A DNA stretch of 64,000 bases, taken from Podarcis melisellensis. Taxonomy: Eukaryota. The stretch's first letter is position 1; every line of letters starts with the position of its first letter. The stretch is taken from the NCBI GenBank assembly GCA_964234715.1, contig OZ174275.1. One strand, written 5' to 3'. The translations under genes were made by a program, and so were the position numbers. Positions 24,401-36,400 of this stretch are shown here, piece after piece. The notes beneath the pieces were generated by a model. The model did no database searches and had not been told where the DNA came from. It saw nothing but the letters and a program-made list of their open reading frames with translations.

Positions 24401-27400
24401 TCAGTATTTAATTGCCAGCTAGAAAATGATTCTGTCACAATATCACACATTGCTGTACTCCCAAAAGCTTCAGGTGGAAATTTATCAACCTGTGCAAAGT
24501 TTATAAAATTGCCTCTGTAGAAGTGCTAACAACTATACCAATTCAGTTCGCAAGACTGAAGATCTGTGGTCATCCATGACTCACTTTGGGCAATCTTATT
24601 TGAGGGCAGGGAGAGGAATATTTAGCAATAACATCAAATTTCAGCAGTTCTGAGCAAAATGAGGCCATCAAAAATATGTTTGGGTTTCTGCATATATATG
24701 GGGGCATTTCCAAGTAACCAAAATAATAATTAAAATAAAACTAAATTCTACTTTTCAATTTTAATAATATATTCAAAGCAGATAGACTGCAACACTTTTG
24801 TTGTATATTTTAAATTAATAACATATGTGGCAATGCCCAGGCATTTTATTCTGTGTTATCCAGGTTTTCATAGCCCTTTAATGCCATTAGAAAGAAAAGA
24901 TGGGCAACCTTTCTCTCTCTCTCATAGCGCAAAGGACCTTTCTCATTCATCTCTACATGTATTATGCTAATTCTAATGGTTATTATTTTTTTGTCATTTG
25001 TTATACAGAAGTGATAAAAGACTGGCTAGTGAAGCCTATTAGAGACCAGCATGTGAAACCAAAGGGTACTGCTACCTTTGCTTGTGATGTCGTGAAGGAT
25101 ACACCAAATATTAAATGGTACAAAGGTGACGAGGAGATTCCTCTTGAACCCAATGACAAAACAGAAATTGTAAAAGATGGACCTCATCTCTTCCTCAAAA
25201 TTAAGAACTGCATGCCAGAAGATCTCGGAGAATATGCCGTGGAAGTTGAAGGGAAGAGATACCCAGCTAAACTGACCCTGGGTGGTAAGTATCTTTTGAG
25301 TTTGATGCACTACATTTGCCAGGGGGGTTACTTAATACAGTAAGACTAAAGATGGGATGGAAGCCCACAAGATGAAAGCCTGCAAGACTGTTGAAGGCTG
25401 AAGACTGTTGATTGCATATATGTTATTAATTTGTTCATTTCTAAATGCCAGAACGTGAAGTTGATCTGCTCAAGCCCATTGAAGATGTTACTATTTATGA
25501 AAAAGAAACAGCCAACTTTGACTGTGAGATTTCTGAAGACGATATCCCCGGTGAATGGAAACTGAAAGGAGAAACACTCAGACCCTCACCTGTAAGAATC
25601 TGTATTTAAGACCTCGTGAATTTAAATATAGTATAATTATGTTGGTCAATTGTGGCCCTGCAGAATACCTTAAAGAAGGATTTAGAACCATTTGGGCTTA
25701 TAGTTAACGTTAGTGTGGTTTTCAAAGAGGCACCTTTTAATTATGAAGCTTAAAATCTCAAGAGCAGGGTATCTCCACACAACATAAACAACTGATCCTA
25801 GCTCACTGTATAGCTCACTGCCACGTTTTACTTGCAATCCTAAGGAGACTTTTGTTATCACATATGCAAGGAACTTTAGAGCGATTATTATTGAGTACTA
25901 TGGACAGCCCCAAGTTTTGTTTAGCTCAGAGAAGGATGGAAGACCATAGGAATATCTTGGCCCTGGATCACTTCAATAACATAGAGGACTTCGCCATCAC
26001 ATTTTGAGGACTTTACAAGCTGTTGCTTTTAAATCAACACAACATGCTTTGATTAGAATTTTCTTTTGTTACCATGAACTTTTTCATCTTTTCCCTCCAG
26101 ACTTGTGAGATCAGAGCCGAAGGAGGAAAACGCTTCTTAACCTTACACAAAGTCAAACTAGACCAGGCTGGAGAGGTTCTCTACCAGGCATTGAATGCAG
26201 TGACTTCAGCTATTTTGACAGTGAAAGGTAAAGTGTTTCACTAAAAATGTGTCTCAAATTAGCCTATCGTTTCTGCCATCGTAGTATATGGTGGGAAAAT
26301 ATTCAATATTCTTTTTATTTACAGAAATCGAGCTGGACTTTGCTGTGCCTTTGAAAGATGTGACTGTACCAGAGAAACGCCAGGCGAGGTTTGAATGTGT
26401 GCTCACCAGGGAAGCCAATGTGATATGGACTAAAGGCACTGACATAATCAAAGTTGGAGATAAATTTGACATAATTGCAGATGGAACAAAACACATTCTG
26501 GTCATCAATGATTCTCAGTTTGATGATGAAGGAGAATACACTGCTGTAGTCGAAGGGAAGGAAAGCACTGCAAAATTGTTTGTGGAAGGTAAGTTCATTA
26601 CTGTCAAGAATTACACTGTAAAAGTCACAACAAGAATCAGTCACTGGTTATGACTGGATGGCATTAATTGTCTTTCCCTCTATTTCAGGTGTCCGGCTGA
26701 AATTTATCTCCCCACTCAAAGATCAGACAGTGAAGGAAGGAGAAACAGCCCACTTTGATTTTGAACTTTCTCATGAAGATATGCCAGTAACCTGGTACAA
26801 AAATGATAAGAAAATCCACAATAGCAGAACAGTTTTCATTTCTGTAGAAGGGAAGAAACACAAATTAGAAATTCGAGAAGTGACACTTGATGACATCTCC
26901 GAAATCAAGGCTGAAGTGAAGGCATTGCACACTAAGGCAAACCTGAAGGTTTTAGGTAATTTATGTTGTCACATTTTGTTACTGGTTGGATCTGTATCTA
27001 TTATATGTATGTATAAAATACATATCTTTATGTATTTTAGTATTTATGTTTTTCATGTACTAATTCACTCTGATTACTAACCTCTTCGAAAAAATACAAC
27101 AACACTTCATACCTGACCCATATCTTGTAGAGGCTGACCCATATTTCGTTGTGAAATTGCAAGATTATACCGCTGTTGAGAAAGATGATATCATTCTGGA
27201 GTGTGAACTTAGCAAAGATGTGCCAGTGAAATGGTATAAAGATGGTGAGGAACTTGTAGCTTCCAAGAGAATCTCCATCAAGACTGATGGCAAGCGCCGC
27301 ATATTAAAAATTAAAAAAGCAACCGATGCTGATAAGGGAAATTATGAATGTAACTGTGGAACTGACAAGACAAATTCTGAAGTTAAGATTGAGGGTAAGT

Positions 27401-30400
27401 GATTGTCCTCCTTCAGTAGAAACTCTTCGAAACATTGTACACCTTACTGGTCAAGGAAGGAAATCTGAGATATATACATATTTGCTTTCAGCTCGTATGA
27501 TAAAAATAGAGCGTCCTCTTTATGGAGTGGAAGTGTTTGTTGGTGAAACAGCACGATTTGAGGTCGAAATCTCTGAGCCTGATGTTCATGCCATTTGGAA
27601 GTTAAAGGGAGAAACTTTAACAGCTTCACCTGTAAGTCTGTTTCAAAAAAACAAGCAAACTACAACACAAGTGTTCTTGTTTTTAGAGAAACACACAAAA
27701 ACAATTCTTAGAAAGTTTTAGAGAACACATGAGTGATTAGGACAAATCTGTTTTTTCCCCCCACCCTCATTAAAAATAAATAAATCAGGATTGTGAAATG
27801 ATTGAAGATGGCAAGAAACACGTCTTGATTCTTTACAACTGCAAACTGGATATGACAGGAGAAGTGTCCTTCCAAGCTGCAAATGCGAAAAGCGCTGCAA
27901 ATCTGAAAGTGAAAGGTAGGCTTCAGAAGGCATCAACTCCCAACCCATCTTGCAGGGTTTTCTTAATGCCCAGCAACATCAATAAATTCCATTGCTGGAG
28001 CAGTTTATTAAAAAAAAAAAAACAGGTGTCTAACACTCTTAATAACCCGGTTTGATTTCAGAGCTGCCTCTCATCTTCATAACTCCTCTCAGTGACATTA
28101 AAGTCTTTGAGAAGGATCCTGCGAAGTTTGAATGTGAGGTATCAAGGGAACCGAAGACTTTCCGTTGGTTGAAAGGAACCCAAGAGCTTGAAGGGGATGA
28201 GAAATTTGAAATTATAACAGAAGGCACAAAGCACGCACTTGCCATTAAGAGTGTGGCTTTTGAGGATGAGGCTAAATATATGTTTGAGGCTGAAGACAAA
28301 CGGACAAGTGCAAAGCTGATCATTGAAGGTTTGTTTGTAGCTCTGGTTCTCCTGACGGTGTGTTTGGCTTTCATATTTATGTCATTTGATTCGTCACAGT
28401 TTAACTTTAACGAGATGCTTTTGTGGTTTAGGCATTCGCCTTCAATTCATTACCCCTCTCAAGGATGTAACTGCAAAGGAGCGCGAGACTGCAGAATTTA
28501 CTGTTGAGCTTTCCCATGACAATATCCCTGTTATCTGGTATAAGAATGACCAACGGCTCCATACCACCAAGGTTGTTTCAATGAAGGACGATGGCAAATT
28601 CCATACGCTCACATTCAAAGATCTCAATATTGATGACACCTCTCAGATAAAAGTGGAAGCTATGGGCAAATCGTGTGAAGCTAAACTTACTGTCCTTGGT
28701 ATGTGTGGTCTGAGTTTGATTTACATTATGGCTCTTCTTTGATAGAACATCAACTAGAAGCATAACCATGTGCTTAGAAGCTTTATTCACATGGGCTTCC
28801 CCTTCCTCAGAGCAGTTCTTTAAATCTTATGGGGAGATCCCATTCCAGATTCTTATATTACAGCTAGATTTGCCTCCATGTTAGGGCTTTCTTGGCAGCA
28901 GACCTCATAGTTTTGAACATGCTTTCAAGAAGAGGTTCATATGAGCTCCTCTTTTGGGGGCCAGCTATCCTCTTTCATAAAGCTTCTGACGGTTGACTGC
29001 CACTAGTTGATGTGTTCTGTTATACTGCCATGCTACACTATTAGCAATCCTTTTGTTATTTATTTGTCCTTCGGTTCATTGTTTCGTTGTAGTTGTTGCT
29101 TTGAATTTGCACCCTTTCCTAAAACATTGCATCCATTGGCTGCCTGTTTCTTTCTGGGAACACAATACAAAGTACTAGTCCTGACCTATAAAGGCCTAAG
29201 TGGTCTGGGACCAGCATATCTAAAAGAACATCCTTTTCACATACAAGTCTAATCATCAGTTAAGAATATTTCGGTGGCAAAGCACATGCCTTGCACACAA
29301 AAACTCCCAGGTTAAATCCCTTGCTTCTCCAGGTAGTATTGGAAAAGACTCCTGTCTGAAACCCTGCATAGCTACAACCAAGCATTGTAGACAGTAGTAC
29401 TAAGTTAGATTGAGCCTATGGTCAGACTGAGTGAAAGGCAGTTTCCTATGTTTTTATCTGTTGGGACCTTTTTCCAAACTCCCATGCTCCCATGTTATTG
29501 TCGTTCAGGCTTTACTTTGAAACTGTCCTATTTTCCTGGTTTTTTTTAATTATCAGTAATAGCTTTCAATGTCTTTATATGGCTCTGCTGTAAGTTTTTG
29601 TGCTGCCATTTTATTTTTGTTTTAGTCTTGTTTTGGGGGAAACATCATCTCTCCTACAAATTTTTGGATGTCGTATTGTCTAAGTTTGTTTTGAATTTGT
29701 TGTAAGCCGCCTTGTGGATCCAAATCTCTGGAAGGCGGGGTATAAATCTCTTTTAAATAACCAAAATAATAAAGAAATAAGAAACCACTTTGTGGTGTAC
29801 CACAGAAACACGTTTCTTTCGGGTCCGTGTAAAGGAAACAAAATGAAAAGCAGAATGAGCCATTTTTACCTAATAACAATAATTTGCTCTATTAAAGTTG
29901 CTTAAAAACTTGCTTTTAGAAAACTTTATCCTACATAGAAAATCTAAAAAAAGCACTCTTACCTGAAAGGAGAACTGTCTTGCATAAGTTGGTACAATTT
30001 TGAATGTATGAATAATCTTAGAATGTCACATATTCACCTTGACTTGCAGAGGGGGACCCTTATTTTACTGGGAAGCTTCAAGATTACACTGCTGTGGAGA
30101 AAGATGAAGTGATTTTGCAATGCGAAATTAGCAAAGCAAATGCTCCCGTAAAATGGTTTAAAGATGGGCAAGAACTAATTCCGTCTAAGAATGTTATTAT
30201 CAAGGCTGATGGCAAAAAGAGAATACTCATCCTCAAGAAAGCCTTGAAGAAAGACATTGGTCAATATACCTGTGATTGCGGCACTGATCAGACCTCTGCT
30301 AAGCTGAACATTGAAGGCAAGTTCACCCTTACTGGTGTATTATTATATTCTATTTTAAACCGCCCTGAGGATCATTCATTTGAAAGACAAGATATAAATC

Positions 30401-33400
30401 TTCTTAATAAACACATAAATAAAATCTTCCTGATCCTTCTGTTGTAGAACCCTGCTCATCAACATTGTCATGAAAGCTAATAATATTGGTGGGGTGTTTT
30501 TTTCCTTCACAGATCGTGATATTAAGATTGTACGTCCCTTATATAGCGTGGAAATATTTGAGACAGAGACTGCACGTTTTGATACAGAAATCTCTGAGGA
30601 AGATATTCATGCTAACTGGAAACTGAAAGGGGAGCCCTTGACACAGACGCCTGTAAGCAATGCTTTTAAATATTTCCCCACTTCTAAATGAGACTTAGAT
30701 TGCCTAAAATATGCAGATGGAAGAACATAAACTTTTGGAAAATCTTTGGAAGATCTGAGAAAGCACTGTAGGGGTGCTGAGAAAATAATTTCTATATCAA
30801 CACGATTTAAATGGCTGGAATCGTAAATTTACACAACAGAAAATATATAATTCAGGGGGAGCAGTTTTAACGTTAGAAATCTGAAGATTGCTTTTGTAAT
30901 GAAAAGCAATTGTGAGTAGTATGTAAATAATATTTGATAAAAATATGTTGGTTGCAAATGTATCAGGTGCCTCTGGAAGTTAATAACTGTAATCAGTTGG
31001 TTCATTGTAGCCATATATAGGGGTTTTTTTTGTTAATGTTCCCATGTAAACAATTCAGAAAATCAATGTGCATGTTTAGCACATTAACATCTCATTAATG
31101 TTCCCATGTAAACAATTCAGAAAATCAATGTGCATGTTTAGCACATTAACATCTCATTGATCTGGACAATGCGTGGTCCAAGGCCTGAGGTAAAAGTTTT
31201 GCAAAAGTTCAGTAGTTCGTAGCCATTGGTTGTGTGAGCAGATGGAAGGGTTACGCACAGTGCTCTGACCAACTTTAACTCTTCAGCAGCTGGCTGCAAC
31301 ACAGCCAACGCTGTTCAGGAGGGCCTCTGACCCTCCAAAGAGGCTTTTCATGAGGCTCAGTGGGCTGCAGTGGGGAGGGGAAAGATTGGTTGCACAAGCT
31401 CCCTTCTGCTCACACAGTCATTAGATACAGAACAATGGGGTCCAAGTACAGTGGTACCTCGGGTTACATATGCTTCAGGTTACAGACTCTGCAAACCCAG
31501 AAATATTACCTGGGGTTAAGAACTTTGCTTCAGGATGAGAACAGAAATCGTGCAGCAGCGGCACGGCGGCGGCGGGAGGCCCCATTAGCTAAGTGGTGCT
31601 TCAGGTTAAGAACAGTTTCAGGTTAAGAACAGACCTCCAGAACAAATTACGTTCTTAACCCGAGGTACCACTGTATTGTTAATGTACATGCCAGAGAATG
31701 TGTTGTTCTGGTATTTGTACTCCGAGACAGGATGTTAAGAATCATGGTTGCAAAACAGCTGCAGCCAGTACAATGTTTTGTCCCCAAAGGGGAATAAAAG
31801 GTTGCTACCATTTTGAATATCCAAATACCAGAAATATGGACCTGATAAAAGGAAGTGAAAGCTATTAAGCGTTGTACAAACCTTTGCATTTGTTTGCTCT
31901 TGGAAGGACTGTGAAATTAAGGAGGAAGGCAAAAGGCACTGTCTTACACTCTACAACGTGCGCTTGGACCAGGCCGGTAGCGTAGACTTCCAAGCAGCCA
32001 ATGCCAAATCATCTGCCAATCTTCGAGTAAAACGTAAGTGTCTTGCAAGTGTATCTGTAAGATCACTTGTCTTTTACATCAGTAACTGAGCTAAACTGAA
32101 ACAAGTTGGGAGTCAGAGTGGGGCATGTGATCTGTTGTTAATGGAACAGTAAATGAGAAGGAGAGAAGGTCGGGTGAGCTTAAATTGAGGAGTAGTTATT
32201 TGATATAGTTGTGTCACTTATTCTTTCTTTATAAAAGCTTTTTATAAGTTAATTCTGATACTTTTAATTTAGTTATTTAGTTTGTTTGTTTTTAGATCGT
32301 GGGATAGGTATTATATAAAGATTTTCAATTAGTTAATAAGAACAGGTTGTTAGACCACTGGAATCGCCCCTCCTTATTCCAGGATGATTGGCAAGGTAGC
32401 ATAATGAGTTGTTACGAAATCTAAAATATTACAAACGGACTCTCTGCTGTGCTTGGCATTTGGGGTATAAGATCTGAGAGATAACACCATGCTGACATTT
32501 GTGGAAAGTGCCAGTAGCTTGATGGACAGGAACACCCTACACAGTTGGTGGCCACTTGTCTCTCTATCCAATTGTAGACCTTGCTATTTTGGAAGGCGCA
32601 TGCCTTATCTAGCAAGAGGCATGTAGGGCTTGGCAAAGGAGACAGATGCAACGTAGCTTTCTTGCTGATCTTTTCATTTAAAAGGAACAGGCTCCGCAAA
32701 TAGGGAATCTCCAGTGACCAGCCCTCCCCCTGAAAACCCCAAGGGCCCAGATCTAGCCAGGGAATTTAAATAGCCTCTGTACATCATACTCCCTCTCTCT
32801 TGGGGAAAGGCACTATGGCAGTTAGTAAAAGGTGCAGGTGGCTAATCTAAAGATGTTTTCTTCATTCCGTCAAGCACGTGTAATTGGCCTGCTGAGGCCT
32901 CTGAAGGATGTAACTGTAACAGCTGGTGAAACGGCAAACTTTGAATGCGAACTCTCCTATGAGGGAATTGTAGTGGACTGGTTCTTGAAAGGACAGAAAT
33001 TGGAGCCCAGTGACAAGGTATAGAAGACATTCTTTCTCTTCTCCCCTTTTTCCGTGTCAAACCCTATTTCTTTCCCTCTTTCTCTCCTACCCCTCCCTTT
33101 TGTGAGACTGACAGTGCAATCCTATACATACTTACCTGGAAGTAAGCCCCACTGAGCTCAATGGGGCTTGCTTCCGAGTAGAGATCCATAGGATTGCACT
33201 GTAAGGCGCTATTCTAAAATATCATTCAGAAAAATCATTTCCTTCCACATGGTGGAAGATAAAAGTTTCCAAGTGAGAGGTGAAAGGGGTTGGGGAGGTT
33301 TTGTATCAGTGCTAACATAAAGGGATATGTAATATTTTGATATTAGTGGGGAAGTTTATGAATGTTTGCATCTCCTGATTCTTTCCCTTCTCTGAATGTA

Positions 33401-36400
33401 GAGCTGGCATCTAGTTCTGCATATAAGGGGATTAAGGAGATTGAAATTCCATTTCAGGCATTTGAGCAGGCTTCCAGATAACTTTCTCGGTAGATCTGCT
33501 CGCAGAGCATTTCTCACCAGCTATTTTTAACCCTTCATCAAGTGTGCTGTTAGCGCTGAGATGTGAACAGCCTGGAATGCAGTTCATTCAATATTTAAAA
33601 TGTTTTAGCAGCAAGCCATATAGTAGTATAAGTAATCACATGCAGAAGTTGCATTCAGTGAAATATTATTTGGTGCATGCTTTTTTAGATCCTCTGTTTA
33701 AGTCGTTAGAGTGTCTGTTAATGATAGGCTTACGCAGAGAATATTTGCAAAGGAAAACAGAAATATGCCTGCTAAAATAAGGCCTAGTTAGTACAAGTTT
33801 GGAATTACCATAGCCAATTCAGCCTAATCAACACATTAACTTTAAACTAGTATAGCGAGATTTAACTAAATGGATAGATTAATACTTACTGTTCCCATGA
33901 ATAGTATTTTAATGGTGAAGCATTATTAAATGCATCATAAATATTTCAACTTTTATTTCAAATTTCATTTTAATAGTTAGCAAGATTTTATGTTTTGCTT
34001 CTGATTAACCCATCTACATCAGTTTAAATGGGCCTATGATAACACAAACAATGGTGTTTAGGGCACTCCTATCCCAGTCCAGTAAGGGACTATAATCCAT
34101 GCAGAACCAAGCCTCTCCTGACTTCTTCCCAGCTGGACAGGGGAGCTATGATGAAAAGCTTCTTATACAAGTACTGTAGTTCCCCGTTTTGATTGATTTT
34201 GATTATATCAACCCTTTGAAGAAGTTTACAGTTCCAGCAATCAGCTGGTGGATTCAGTCTGCCGACTCCCACAAAACTCTAGAGGCCTTTGGGGCTTGGC
34301 GGCTGATTCAGTACGAAGAGCTGAAATTGCAACAAGAAATCAGAGAGGCCCCAATGCATGCCCAGAGGTGCATGGGTGTATAACTGGGAGTCTTTGTTTA
34401 CCAGCCTATTTAGACAGACATGTGCTAACACAAATGTTTGATATAAGGTTGCAACATGTTTTCTTACCAAATCTATTCTCCTGAACATTCCTTTTTTTAA
34501 AGATTGTGCCCCGTGCTGAAGGCAGAGTTCACACCCTTGTTCTAAGAGATGTGAAACTAACAGATGCTGGAGAAGTCAAACTGACTGCAAAGGATTTCAG
34601 AACTCAAGCAAATCTTTTTGTAAAAGGTAGGCTTCCTAAAGTAACAATTTATTCCATTAGCAGTATGCTAGAGGCTACTGATCTGTGTTAGGCAAAGTGC
34701 ATGATTGGGCCAATCTTTTTCTGCAGTACTTTTAACACATAAAATGCTGAGAAGAATTCTGGCCATAACTCAGTCTTTTAAAAAGATCAGAATGATAGCT
34801 AGCTTTTCAATCTCTTGGGAGGAAAAAATGATGCATGTAGCACCAACATGATTTGTGGGTTTTTTCCCCTCCCTGTCCTCAGAACCACCTGTTGAGTTTA
34901 CTAAGCCTCTTGAGGACCAGACTGTAGAGGAGGAAGCTACTGCAGTTCTGGAGTGTGAAGTATCCAGAGAAAACGCACCAGTGAAATGGTTCAAGAATGG
35001 CCAAGAAATCCACAAGACAAAGAAATATGATATAATTGCTGATGGCAGAGTCAGAAAACTTATCATTCACGGCTGCACACTGGACGATGCTAAAACGTAC
35101 ACATGTGATTCTAAAGATTTCAAGACATCTTGTTTCTTGAACGTTGAACGTAAGTTTTTCTCATAATTTCCTTATAAAGACATAGATACTTGTTTGCATG
35201 ATTCCAAAGGTAGGCATGTTGCAGATATATGGGTGGGTCAATCTCATGGTGCTGTAAAACAAGCAGACCTTTGACTTAAGTGGGTTGGGCTTTTTCTTTC
35301 ATCCACAAAAGTGGGAACATCTACTTTATCATAACTCTATTAGAAATTATTATAACTAAGGCCATTGCTACGAATTGAGATTCACGAATAAGAAAAAAAG
35401 AGATCATTTTCAAACGGGAATTTTTTTCTTCCTTATAGCACCTCATGTTGAGTTCACAAAGCCCCTTACGGATATTGAAGTTAAAGAAAAAGAGGTTGCT
35501 CGGTTTGAATGTGAAATTTCCCGACCAAATGTTCAGGTCTGTAATGTTTGTGTCTCTTCATATTTGCCCTTGTCAATAGCTTTTGCACAGAATCTCACAG
35601 CATTTATTGCAGCCACCAGGAAACATTTTCTATTTTTCTAGACACTAGGGCAGCCCAAAGCATTTAGAAGGTGGAAATTGTGTCTACTAAGAGCTCAAAC
35701 CAAAAGATGATCTAGGTTGTCTGCATCATTCAGTCCCACCTTCACTAGCTCCTTACTATAGTTCTCCAGTTGCCAACATGGTGCCTGAGCAGCTTCATCT
35801 TTTTCACCTCTAAAGATTTCCTTAGGTGCCCTCAAAGCCTCTGAGCACCCTTCCCACCCATCTGCTTTTCAAGGATCAGATTGGCACCTGAGCAGCTTTC
35901 GCAGGGCTGCCACGACATGGAAATATGGATCTGAGGCATGGGTCCTTAAGGATTCTCATAGCCTGATTGTTCCCTCACGCCCACCCCCAGGGAACCCAAC
36001 CCTTCATACCAGCCTGCCATTGGCCAATTCCGCAGGCTGACGCTGAACATGATTTCAAGTTGTGAGTGTGAGCCGAAGCTCTCGCTCCGGCTGGGATCAG
36101 CCCACCACACCCTGTCCTGCATCGTTGGCAGGTAGTTGGGGGGGGGAGTGCTGGTCGTCCCACAAAGCTGCTGCCCTCCTAAAAGGGGTAATCAGACTTC
36201 CAGGACCTTAATAACAAAAACCAGTACTGACAATGAAAATAAAATACACCTATCTGAATGTACATTCTGTCTACATATATTACTTTGGTTATAGAGCCAA
36301 ATAATATGCCCTTTCCAATGGGTGATTGGCACCATCGTCAATTTTTCTAATTCATCTCCACATGTGCAGCTTCCAAATGGGAACAAACATTGGACCCAAT

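Noticed and set aside
34049-34425. Possible second solo LTR or insertion flanked by TAACACAAA repeats
   Set aside because: No clear TG..CA termini with adjacent TSD; boundaries unsupported
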